Shown one piece after another: positions 36,387-46,101 of a stretch of 64,000 nucleotides of DNA. The DNA comes from a virus. A program made the translations under genes and the position numbers. The notes beneath the pieces were generated by a model. That model did not search any database. It worked only from the letters and a program-made list of their open reading frames with translations, and had not been told where the DNA came from. The first letter of the stretch is position 1, and every line of letters starts with the position of its first letter. The stretch lies in the IMG/VR virus record IMGVR_UViG_3300032287_001394; one strand, written 5' to 3'.

Positions 36387-39300
36387 TGACAGACTTAAAT
36401 GAATTATTCAAGGTCATAGCAGAAGGTAAAAAACAGTACGAAGAGACTGATCCTATAGGCCAACAAATCAAGCAAGCTAAAGAGCATGTTAAGGAAGACT
36501 TAAGCTCACTATTTGCACAGTTATCAACCCTCAAAGAAGACCTAGAAAAAGAATTAGTAGTAGAAGAAGCCAAGTTAGTAAGCCTTATCGATTCAGATTC
36601 AATCAAGCGTGATGCTAAAAACATCGTTAATGAAGTATTTGGTCAGATTCAAAAACCAATTATCACTGAAGAAATCCCTGCTCAGCCAGTTATCCATACA
36701 CCAGAAGTCAGAGCAAAACAAGTCGATGCAGATGTTGACAAGTATCTGACAGACAAATCATTCCAACAACCAAATCCCGATCTAGTAACTAAAAACATTG
36801 ATGACATCCGTAATAAGATTAAGTTCTTAGAGCAAGCCATTGGTCGTGTTGCTGCTGCCGGTCCAGGTGGCGGTGAAGTTAACCTCAGATATTTAGATGA
36901 CGTAGATCGTTCAACTATTACAGATGGTTGGTACTTAAGATACAATGCAACTAAGAAAAAATTCGAATTTGCAGAAGTAATATCAAGCGGTGGTAACGGA
37001 GCTACTGGTCCTGCTGGTGCAACTGGTCCAGGTGGAGGAGATACTGGAGCTACTGGCATTACAGGTTCAAGTGGAGCACAAGGAGCTTCAGGATTAAATG
37101 GTTCTACAGGTCCCACAGGAGCTAATGGAGTAAGTGGAGCATCCGGTACTAACGGTGCAACTGGTATTCAAGGAGCTTCAGGTACACAAGGATCTACAGG
37201 AGTTCAAGGTGCAAGTGGAAGTACTGGTTTAACTGGTGCCACAGGATTGACTGGTGCATCTGGCCCATCAGGAGCAAGCGGAGTTAATGGCTCCACAGGA
37301 ATTCAAGGAACTAGCGGTGTTCAAGGTGCTTCAGGTTCAACAGGTATAGACGGAGCTAGTGGAGCAACAGGTTTACAAGGAGCATCTGGTATTAATGGTG
37401 CTACAGGAACAAGTGGAGCTTCAGGAGTTAATGGTTCAACCGGTATTAGTGGTGCAACTGGAATCGACGGAGCATCTGGCATTCAAGGAGCTTCAGGTTC
37501 TACTGGTATTAGTGGAGCATCTGGTGTTGGAGTTCAAGGGGCAAGTGGAAGTACAGGATTAACTGGAGCCACGGGAATACCGGGTGCTTCTGGAATTGGT
37601 GGTGCAACGGGGGCATTGCCAGACTTGCCAACAGGCGAACCAATGGGTCATACTGATAGAACACAATCAATTATATCTTTTGATGATGCATCCCGAACAT
37701 TTAGTATATCACCAGTTGCCGCTTCATTTGAAATATGGACAAGAGGTGTTAAAAGAACTATCACTGATACTCGACAAGTAACTATTCCAGACACTACTGG
37801 ATTATATTATATCTATTTTGATCCAGATGGAATTTTGCAATATAGAACAACATTCTTTGATTGGCCAAATGATTGCGTAACAGCATATGTTTATTGGAAT
37901 GATGTAACAAATGATGCTCCATTTGTAGCAGATGAAAGACATGGTATTGTTTTAGATTGGCAAACACATGAGTATCTACATAGAACTCGTGGAGCAGCAA
38001 TTGCAAATGGATTTGATGCTACAAACTATATTGTAAATGGGGATGGATCTTTAGATTCACATATGCAAATTGATATTGCATCTGGTACTTTCTTTGATGA
38101 AGATCTACAAGTAGATATTGTTAATACAAATACTCCAGTAGCTAATACGTGGGATCAAGATCTAGCGGGTCCAGCTAGGATACCTATGTTCTATATTAAT
38201 AGTGCTGGCGGTTGGGTTATAGATACTCCAACTAACTTTCCTGTTAAAATGGGTACTTTACCAAAATATAATCTATATTCTGGTGGTGTTTGGACTACTC
38301 CAGATATTGATAACAATAAATTTGGTATTACATTTATTATTGCAACAAATAATATTAACTATCCAGTTATAGGAATCATAGGCCAAAATTCACATGCAAA
38401 TCAAGGAGATGCTGAAGCAGTTGACTTTTCAGAACTAAATCTTGCCGGATTTCCAGTTGTTGAGATGAGACCTCTTTATAAATTAGTATATGAATGTAAA
38501 GCTAGTTACACAAATTCTGTTAATGCACGTTTAAAATCTATATGGGATCAAAGAAGTTTTGAAAGTACAGTTTCAGCTATAGCAACATATACTGATCATG
38601 GAGCTTTAGGTGGTTTATCTGATGACGATCACCCACAATATCTACTAAGAACTGATGCTGTTTCATTTGTAGGTGCGACAGGTGCTACTGGTATTCAAGG
38701 CGCATCAGGTTCTACAGGATTAACTGGGGCTACAGGAATAAGTGGTGCTTCAGGAATAAGTGGTGCTTCAGGAATAAGTGGCTCGGCTTCTACTTTAACA
38801 GGAACATCTCTTGCGACTGGAATTGTATCATCAAGTTTAACATCAGTTGGTACATTAACTAATTTGTCAGTCACAAACACTATTACTGGATCAGTGAGTG
38901 GCAATGCTGGTACTGTAACCAACGGAGTTTACACAAATAGTATAGGTGCTGTCACGGACATAATGTTAGCCGGGTCGATTGCTAACAACAAACTAACCAA
39001 TAGTTCAATAACTGTAAATGGAACAGATATTAGTTTAGGATCAAGTGCTACTATCCTAGCCGCTAATCCAAACGCCTTAACTATTGGCACTGGATTAAGT
39101 GGTACAAATTATACCGGCGCTTCAGCAGTCACAATCGCATTGGCTTCGGGTTATGGTGATACACAGAACCCTTATGCCAGTAAGACAGCCAACTATTTCC
39201 TAGCCGCACCAAACGGATCTAATGGGGTTCCAACATTCCGTGCTATTGTAGCCGCTGACATACTGGGTACACTAAATCAAAATACCACAGGCTCAGCGGC

Positions 39301-40696
39301 AACACTGACCACAGCACGAAACATCAATGGTGTCGGCTTTAATGGCAGTGCAGACATTAACATACCTACATTAACAGATGGTACCAACTCAATAAAGATC
39401 ACAGCAGTGCCAGCAGCACTAACTGGTGCTACCGGTGATGTTGTGGGTAGTGTGGCATTTGACAGCACCTACATTTATTATTGTTTCCAAGCATTCACAG
39501 GTACAAGCTATTCCTTGACAGTAATATCAGGCCTCGGTGAATTCTCAGAGCGTGTTAATGCCGGTTCTTCCGAACTTCGGACTGCAATAGTTGCAGCCTT
39601 TGCCGCTACACCTGCAGGATGGTCATATGGCGGATATCCTGTAAACAATATCACGGCCGCTTCCGGTTCCTCTATCAATATCTTTAGGGATTATGGTTCG
39701 CCAATCTCCAACGGCAACTCTTACACATTAATACAACCGCCAGCAACCGCCAACTGGAAAGCAACTCCTTGGGGGGCTATAACAAGTGCGGCAGCAGGAT
39801 CTTTGACTGGAAATACATTAGCCAGCGGTGTAACAGCAAGCAGTCTAACCAGTTTTGGTGCTACGCCAGCAATGACCAGTCCAGCAATTACCACAAGTCT
39901 AACAACACCAAGCACAAGTTTTGATTTAATCAATACTACTGCTACAACTGTAAACTTTGCTGGTGCCGCTACCACTTTAGGTGTTGGAGCAGGTACAGGC
40001 ACAACTACTATCAACAATAACCTGTCAATGGCCAGTGGCAGGACCATAGGCACAACTGCCACTGTCACAAGTAATCACGCAACGGCATTCAGTGCAGGCG
40101 ACAGTGCTATCAGCAATGTGGCATTGTCTGTGCCCAGAAATGCTGCCATTCGTGATCGTACCAACGGAGCCAGTGTAATATACTTTGATGTTAGCAATGG
40201 TGGAACCACTAACGGAGAATTCCAGTTCCGTAGTAGCAGTGCGTTTACCAATGTATTGACCATGAACACCACTGCGTTTAATGTTAATACCAATGCCGTT
40301 GTTACAGCAAGAACACCTAGCCTAGCAAGAACAGCATTCAATGCCGCAATGGGCACTGAACTTACTGTGGATAATATGCGTTTCCGCATAACAAATTCTG
40401 GGCTTGCTGGCATATTTCCCCAGGTTATTGGCAACGGTTCAGCGAGGAATCTTGCCTGGACAGTGGTGGCTGCAAGATCAGGCAGTGCAGTAACACAAGC
40501 AGGCAGCACTGGAACAATCGTAGCGGATAATGCCTGGACTACTTTATACAGTCTTGGCGGTATGGATAGTGCTGGCGACACTTTTACAGCTACCTTACAG
40601 GATAAAGCAGAAAGTCGTATCTATCGTGTTACATTTATGCGCAGTGATGATGGCAACACAACAGGTTATAATATTATAGCCGAAAGATTGTTGTAA
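36386..40696 (+). CDS. Long tail fibre-like protein with collagen-like Gly-X-Y repeats
   Basis: About 200 aa of GAT/GAS/GST triplets, DDHPQY, TARNINGV fibre motif. Confidence 0.8.
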   Translation: MTDLNELFKVIAEGKKQYEETDPIGQQIKQAKEHVKEDLSSLFAQLSTLKEDLEKELVVEEAKLVSLIDSDSIKRDAKNIVNEVFGQIQKPIITEEIPAQPVIHTPEVRAKQVDADVDKYLTDKSFQQPNPDLVTKNIDDIRNKIKFLEQAIGRVAAAGPGGGEVNLRYLDDVDRSTITDGWYLRYNATKKKFEFAEVISSGGNGATGPAGATGPGGGDTGATGITGSSGAQGASGLNGSTGPTGANGVSGASGTNGATGIQGASGTQGSTGVQGASGSTGLTGATGLTGASGPSGASGVNGSTGIQGTSGVQGASGSTGIDGASGATGLQGASGINGATGTSGASGVNGSTGISGATGIDGASGIQGASGSTGISGASGVGVQGASGSTGLTGATGIPGASGIGGATGALPDLPTGEPMGHTDRTQSIISFDDASRTFSISPVAASFEIWTRGVKRTITDTRQVTIPDTTGLYYIYFDPDGILQYRTTFFDWPNDCVTAYVYWNDVTNDAPFVADERHGIVLDWQTHEYLHRTRGAAIANGFDATNYIVNGDGSLDSHMQIDIASGTFFDEDLQVDIVNTNTPVANTWDQDLAGPARIPMFYINSAGGWVIDTPTNFPVKMGTLPKYNLYSGGVWTTPDIDNNKFGITFIIATNNINYPVIGIIGQNSHANQGDAEAVDFSELNLAGFPVVEMRPLYKLVYECKASYTNSVNARLKSIWDQRSFESTVSAIATYTDHGALGGLSDDDHPQYLLRTDAVSFVGATGATGIQGASGSTGLTGATGISGASGISGASGISGSASTLTGTSLATGIVSSSLTSVGTLTNLSVTNTITGSVSGNAGTVTNGVYTNSIGAVTDIMLAGSIANNKLTNSSITVNGTDISLGSSATILAANPNALTIGTGLSGTNYTGASAVTIALASGYGDTQNPYASKTANYFLAAPNGSNGVPTFRAIVAADILGTLNQNTTGSAATLTTARNINGVGFNGSADINIPTLTDGTNSIKITAVPAALTGATGDVVGSVAFDSTYIYYCFQAFTGTSYSLTVISGLGEFSERVNAGSSELRTAIVAAFAATPAGWSYGGYPVNNITAASGSSINIFRDYGSPISNGNSYTLIQPPATANWKATPWGAITSAAAGSLTGNTLASGVTASSLTSFGATPAMTSPAITTSLTTPSTSFDLINTTATTVNFAGAATTLGVGAGTGTTTINNNLSMASGRTIGTTATVTSNHATAFSAGDSAISNVALSVPRNAAIRDRTNGASVIYFDVSNGGTTNGEFQFRSSSAFTNVLTMNTTAFNVNTNAVVTARTPSLARTAFNAAMGTELTVDNMRFRITNSGLAGIFPQVIGNGSARNLAWTVVAARSGSAVTQAGSTGTIVADNAWTTLYSLGGMDSAGDTFTATLQDKAESRIYRVTFMRSDDGNTTGYNIIAERLL
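38733..38781. repeat. 18-bp tandem repeat CAGGAATAAGTGGTGCTT (about 2.7 copies)
   Basis: Exact DNA repeat encoding GISGAS. Confidence 0.8.
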
Positions 40697-40731
40697 ATAG
40701 AATTATCAATAACTAAATTTTGTGAGAAAAT

Positions 40732-41082
40732 ATGAAAAAACTAACATTTATAGCAGTATTACTTTTAACTAGTTGTAGCTTCATCATGCCAGTACCGCAT
40801 GATCCAGCAGAAGCGTCAAAGCTTATAGATATTAAACAGAAAATGGAAACTCTAACCTGTGGAGCAACAAAAGACTTCCCAAGGTGGCAGTCCACAGTCG
40901 ACGACCTTAGATGGTTGAACATGTATACAGAGTTTAGAGCAGACCCACAAGCAAAGACAATTGAAGAACTATACATCGCGACTCAAAAGGCGAGGGACGG
41001 ATCAGAAGCATACTGTGAAGCTACCCTTAAACTACAAAAGACTAGAATCCTAGTTATAGAAAAAGCATGGAAAGGACGTTAA
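40732..41082 (+). CDS. Lipoprotein
   Basis: Lipobox LTSC; two further Cys. Confidence 0.75.
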   Translation: MKKLTFIAVLLLTSCSFIMPVPHDPAEASKLIDIKQKMETLTCGATKDFPRWQSTVDDLRWLNMYTEFRADPQAKTIEELYIATQKARDGSEAYCEATLKLQKTRILVIEKAWKGR

Positions 41083-41083
41083 A

Positions 41084-41320
41084 ATGTCAGTATTAAACGA
41101 ACTAAGAGCAGCAATGACAGAGCCAGGTATCAAAGGTGCATTGGCCCAACAGTTACATGATATCACAGAACAATACAATGATGGCATCCTAAATGGTGAT
41201 GAGTTCAAAGACTTGGTTACCCAGATAGGTGACGTACAAGCTAACGATGATCTTGCAGGAGATGAGATAACTTCAAGATGGGTCGCAAATATTACGAAAG
41301 TGATACTCTCCGCTGTATAA
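41084..41320 (+). CDS. Hypothetical protein
   Basis: AAGGA SD. Confidence 0.65.
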   Translation: MSVLNELRAAMTEPGIKGALAQQLHDITEQYNDGILNGDEFKDLVTQIGDVQANDDLAGDEITSRWVANITKVILSAV

Positions 41321-41323
41321 ATA
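41316..41323 (+). promoter_or_regulatory. Late promoter TATAAATA
   Basis: Consensus upstream of 41358. Confidence 0.65.
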
Positions 41324-41357
41324 ATAGTAACAGTAATACTTTTATAGATGGATAACA

Positions 41358-42935
41358 ATGAAGAACTATAGACAACTCATAAAGGGTTTGCCTTCCAAGA
41401 CCGTCATCATGACAGTCGGAAGCTTTAACCCTCCTACCTCGGTCAACGAGATGGCATTCAAACTAGTAGATAAGCTAGTTGAATCCCATAATGCTGACCA
41501 CATAATCTACGTTACAGAAGACAAGGACAACTTACCTATTGATCGTAAGCTGCACTTCCTTGAGCTCATGTTTGGTGCTATGAACTTTAAGCCATTGAAC
41601 GAGTCAAACCTAACTTCTGAACTAATCAGATTAAAGAGTAAGTATAAAGATGTTATCGTAGTATCTTCAGAAGATAAAGCCAAGCTATATGAGTCATTAC
41701 AAGTGGTTACTACAAGCAACGACTTAGACCATTCTAAGATCAAGTCATATGTAACAAAAGGCGACTTTGCCTCATTTAAGAAACAGATGCCTTCTACACT
41801 AAGAGAGCTGGATGCTCGTAGGCTAATGAACGAGATGAGACAAGTTACTGGCCTCGAGTTACTCAAAGAAGAAGTCAAGTTCACAGTCGATGCACTCAGA
41901 GAGAAGTATTTTAAAGGTCAGATCTACCACATAGGTGATATCGTTGAGTCTGCTGGACAACAGTACGAGATCATGGATCGTGGTTCAAACTACCTTGTGG
42001 TAGTTAATAATACTGGTGACCTATCACGCAAATGGATAAAAGACGTAAAGTTAGTAGAAGCATGCTGGTCTGGATATAAACAAGTTGGCACTAAGAAAAA
42101 AGGCAGCAGAACGGTCCCTAACTGTGTACCAGAATCTGTATTAAACCCTGCAGATCCACATAAAGACTATGCTGAGAAGAGCAAGACTCTACAAGACTTG
42201 TCACGTAACAAAGACGTAGATCAAAAATCTGTACAACAAAGACGCTTAGATCTAGACAAAGAATACGGTAAACTTAAAGAAGAAGTATTTAGCTATAAAG
42301 GCTATGTACCTAAGAACCTTAACAGTGAGTTAGTAGAAGCATTCAAGCTTGTCGCTGTAGACTCTAAAGATCCTGTAGCAATGCTTAATGCTATCAAAAC
42401 AACTGATACATACTTACAACTACATGGTAAGATTGGTGACAATCCAGATATCAATCAGCTTAAGACATATAAAGATGCTCACATTAAAGCTACTGAAGCC
42501 TTACAAAAGATTGGTGTATACAATGCTGAAGAAGAGAAGCCAGATACTAAGTTAGCAAGAAACGTATTAACATATCAAGACTTCATGAAAGCTGGCAAAG
42601 AACCTGTGCCTGAAAATACAGAGAAATATGTAGGTGAACCTCATACGACTCCAGGTCATACACTTGCTACACGTCAACATCTACGTAGACAAAAGGTTGC
42701 ATATGTAAATGAAGCTGCATCAGTTACAGATGGAGAAGTAGAAGGACAAGTGGTTACTAAGATTAAACCGTTACCACCTGAACTAACTCCACCGCCTGAT
42801 GAACCAGGTAAACAAAGAGGTAAAGGCAATAGTGCTTTCTTTGAGAAGAAGAATAAGAAAGTAGAGAAAGAAGCTCTAGACTACCTTGACTTAGATTCAT
42901 GGTTAAGACAACAATCACAACAGGCACACGGATAA
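41358..42935 (+). CDS. Degenerate cytidyltransferase-like domain, LRE.Y..G.I...GD SH3-like domain and modular tail
   Basis: GSFNPPTSVN (catalytic GH lost); CWSGY...VPNCV module. Confidence 0.65.
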   Translation: MKNYRQLIKGLPSKTVIMTVGSFNPPTSVNEMAFKLVDKLVESHNADHIIYVTEDKDNLPIDRKLHFLELMFGAMNFKPLNESNLTSELIRLKSKYKDVIVVSSEDKAKLYESLQVVTTSNDLDHSKIKSYVTKGDFASFKKQMPSTLRELDARRLMNEMRQVTGLELLKEEVKFTVDALREKYFKGQIYHIGDIVESAGQQYEIMDRGSNYLVVVNNTGDLSRKWIKDVKLVEACWSGYKQVGTKKKGSRTVPNCVPESVLNPADPHKDYAEKSKTLQDLSRNKDVDQKSVQQRRLDLDKEYGKLKEEVFSYKGYVPKNLNSELVEAFKLVAVDSKDPVAMLNAIKTTDTYLQLHGKIGDNPDINQLKTYKDAHIKATEALQKIGVYNAEEEKPDTKLARNVLTYQDFMKAGKEPVPENTEKYVGEPHTTPGHTLATRQHLRRQKVAYVNEAASVTDGEVEGQVVTKIKPLPPELTPPPDEPGKQRGKGNSAFFEKKNKKVEKEALDYLDLDSWLRQQSQQAHG

Positions 42936-42937
42936 AT

Positions 42938-43387
42938 ATGGATAAATTAATAGCATCTCTTAAAGTAGCATTAGGTAATACATTTACGATGTATTTCAAA
43001 GCACACTCATATCATTGGAATGTGGAAGGCCTACATTTTTCTATGTTTCATGACTTCTTCGGCGAAATCTATGAAGACGTATATGGTGCAGTAGATCCTC
43101 TTTCAGAAGAACTACGTAAGCTTGATGCATACGCGCCTATTAGTTTGATGGAGATCTATGGTTATAAGACTATCATGGAAGATAGTTCAAAACCAGATAC
43201 AGCTATAGAGATGGTAATGAACTTATTAACAGCTAATACAGAAGTATTAAATTGTCTATCACCATTATTTGATGAAGCGACAACACAAAAACAACAAGGT
43301 CTTGCAAACTTTATTGCAGATCGTATGGATAGACATAAATTTTTCGAATGGCAACTACAAGCAACACTTAAGAACCTCGGAGCGTAA
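42938..43387 (+). CDS. dps: Dps/ferritin-like protein
   Basis: HSYHWNVEG..F...H..F.E.Y, D..SEELR. Confidence 0.9.
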   Translation: MDKLIASLKVALGNTFTMYFKAHSYHWNVEGLHFSMFHDFFGEIYEDVYGAVDPLSEELRKLDAYAPISLMEIYGYKTIMEDSSKPDTAIEMVMNLLTANTEVLNCLSPLFDEATTQKQQGLANFIADRMDRHKFFEWQLQATLKNLGA

Positions 43388-43389
43388 GA

Positions 43390-46101
43390 ATGAAATCATA
43401 CAAAGACATGGTAAACGAAGTATTAACTAAGATGACTCCATTAGAGACATGGATCGACGACTTCGTACACTCTAAGAATGCTAAGTTTGCTGGTAAGTCT
43501 ACAGCAGAACGTATATCTATGGCTAAGGGTGCATACTATGCTAAACAAAGACGTGAATCAGTAGAAGAAGCTGCAGCAGTATCGCAAAATAGTACAGCTA
43601 TCACTGACATGAACGAAGATCATTTAGTACACGTTAATGACGGTTCTAAATACGATGAACAACCACATGAAAAAGATGTGGAACATGTCAAATCGCACAT
43701 AGCACTTTTTGGTGGTAAGTTTGATAGTCATTCAGACAAAGGCGCATTCTTTAAATTTCCTGACAAAGATAAAGCTGAACGATTTGTCAATCATGCTAAT
43801 AAATGCCCACACAAGACATGCTCTGCAGAACATGTTACAGAAGCTGTAGAGTATAAAGGTATCGGTACAGACGTGGTTGACAAGAAAAAGAAACTAAACC
43901 CACAACCAAATTTTACAACTGATAAAAAACAAGTTAAAGACTTTAAAGAAGAAGTTAAAAAATCTACTGGCGATCTTAAGAAAGCATGCTGGAAAGGTTA
44001 CACTGCAGTTGGTCTTAAGATGAAAGATGGTAGAAAAGTGCCTAACTGTGTGCCTGAAGAAGTACAAGTACAAGTAGAAGCTAAAGTATATGATCCATTT
44101 ACAAAGAAGATGGTTCCTACTAAACCAATCAAAGTTCAAGCTGGTGGCGGCGCAACTAAGAACGGAGTTCCTGTTGAGACAGGTCCATCTAAGTATAAGA
44201 GTAAATTGCCTATGAGCAAAGCTGCAGGGGTATTAGCTGCAGAAGAAGTAGAACTAATCGCTAAGCATGAAGTTAAAGCTAATGCACCTCATAAATCAGG
44301 TGGTCATGTCATCTTAACTAAGTCATCTAATAAATGGCATGTATTACACAATAAGAAGAGCTCACCTGAAGCTAAAGATCTACATCGTTCAAAACTATTA
44401 CACTCATACGCTGATGAAAAAGAAGCAAGAGCTAAGTTTAAAGAATTACATGAAGAACAGATCGATGAGTTATCTAAAGGATTAGTTGCTAGATACGCAA
44501 ATAAAGTAGCAAAAACTACACAAGCTAATTATGATAAATCTAAAGATAAATTTCAATTCTCGTCAGGTAGACAAGATGGAATGAAAAATGCAGTTAAGAG
44601 ATTAACTAAAGAAGAAGTAGATTTGCACACAGATTTGTGGTCTATTAAAAATACAAAAACTGGTCAAGTATATCATAGTTCTGGTAAATATCCGATCACT
44701 AAAAATAGTCCTACATTCAAAAAAATTAAAGCTGCTGGTGGAGATCATGTACACGCTGCATTGTATAAAAACGGTAAATTAGTTGAAGAAACAGAACAGA
44801 TCGATGAAGTCTCTAAGTCAACATTAATGAGATACATCCCTAAAGCATCGAGAGATGTAGGTTCACACACTTATGCAGGTAAAGAAGCCGGTGAATGGGC
44901 AAGCCATTACACAAGAGCCGGTGACTGGTCTGCAGCAGAGAAACACTCTAAGAAATCTTATGCAGACTTTATGAAAGCAAACAAACGTATTGCTGGTATC
45001 GACACAGCTACTAAGAAGCTTGGTACACAAAAAGAAGAAGTAGAGTTAGATGAAGCTAAATACGGTATTGACGTTCATCGCAACAAGTTATCTAAACTAT
45101 TAACTCACGCTGGTAATGCTGGTATTAAAGCTAAAGTTGTTTCTCATAATCCAAATTGGGAAAAACAAAACGCTGGTGGCGAACATACAGTTTCTTTACA
45201 CGGTAAAGATGAACATATTCGTAAATTTATTCAAAAACATCATGACAGTGATCCACAGGGAACTGATGATTATAAAGAATATGGCAAATCACTTAAAGAA
45301 TCAGAACATATAGATGAAGCTATCGCTAAGAAGTTACCAGTACAACATGCAGTTGATGCAGTACATGCTACATTAGGTCCTAAATCAGCTACACGCTTCT
45401 TATCACACTTAAGCCCAGGTTCTGATAAGCATACTACATGGGATAAAGTAAACGATGCATTAGTGAAACAAGGTGTACAGACACATCACATTGCTTCTAT
45501 TGCACAAAAGACATCTCATATGAACGAAGAAGTTGTTGACGAATCAAGAGGTCATAAAGTATTAGCTACATTCTTTAAGAACCGAGAAGTTGCACAAAGA
45601 TCTTATCAAGGTAATCCTGCTAAGGATGCTGAAGTAGCTCAAGGTGGTGGTAGTCCAGCAGATCAAGGTATCGCTGCAGCTAAGAGAGACGCAGAAGAAC
45701 TTAAAAAAAAAGTAAGTGAGGCAAAGGCACCTGCAGTACACGCGGCTGAGCCTAAGAAGACAAAGTCTACGCCTAAGGAATATGCTAGCGCTACTATACC
45801 AGGTACAAAACGTGTAGCACATGCAAAGCCTGATGATAACGAAGTAGGTGGTGGTACTGCTACAAGGATTGCTGAAGATCAATATACGTCAGAGTATAAG
45901 ATCAAGTCTTATGTAGATCCGGTTACTGGTGAGAATAAGACTAGAAAGATTAGACCTCATCGTATTAATTTTAAATCATCTAAGATGAATGCTGCACCAG
46001 CACAAATGACAGAGCCAACAAAAGTTACAGAAGATGATAAAGTATACGATGAAAAATGGAAAAAAGTTAAATTTACAGATTTTATAAAGGGAGCTAAGTA
46101 A
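43390..46101 (+). CDS. Large modular putative internal head protein
   Basis: Basic/His-rich modules separated by EEVELDE / EQIDE linkers. Confidence 0.65.
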   Translation: MKSYKDMVNEVLTKMTPLETWIDDFVHSKNAKFAGKSTAERISMAKGAYYAKQRRESVEEAAAVSQNSTAITDMNEDHLVHVNDGSKYDEQPHEKDVEHVKSHIALFGGKFDSHSDKGAFFKFPDKDKAERFVNHANKCPHKTCSAEHVTEAVEYKGIGTDVVDKKKKLNPQPNFTTDKKQVKDFKEEVKKSTGDLKKACWKGYTAVGLKMKDGRKVPNCVPEEVQVQVEAKVYDPFTKKMVPTKPIKVQAGGGATKNGVPVETGPSKYKSKLPMSKAAGVLAAEEVELIAKHEVKANAPHKSGGHVILTKSSNKWHVLHNKKSSPEAKDLHRSKLLHSYADEKEARAKFKELHEEQIDELSKGLVARYANKVAKTTQANYDKSKDKFQFSSGRQDGMKNAVKRLTKEEVDLHTDLWSIKNTKTGQVYHSSGKYPITKNSPTFKKIKAAGGDHVHAALYKNGKLVEETEQIDEVSKSTLMRYIPKASRDVGSHTYAGKEAGEWASHYTRAGDWSAAEKHSKKSYADFMKANKRIAGIDTATKKLGTQKEEVELDEAKYGIDVHRNKLSKLLTHAGNAGIKAKVVSHNPNWEKQNAGGEHTVSLHGKDEHIRKFIQKHHDSDPQGTDDYKEYGKSLKESEHIDEAIAKKLPVQHAVDAVHATLGPKSATRFLSHLSPGSDKHTTWDKVNDALVKQGVQTHHIASIAQKTSHMNEEVVDESRGHKVLATFFKNREVAQRSYQGNPAKDAEVAQGGGSPADQGIAAAKRDAEELKKKVSEAKAPAVHAAEPKKTKSTPKEYASATIPGTKRVAHAKPDDNEVGGGTATRIAEDQYTSEYKIKSYVDPVTGENKTRKIRPHRINFKSSKMNAAPAQMTEPTKVTEDDKVYDEKWKKVKFTDFIKGAK

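Noticed and set aside
36990-37620. Repetitive DNA resembling an array
   Set aside because: Degenerate Gly-X-Y coding repeats in the fibre gene; no constant repeat with unique spacers, so not CRISPR
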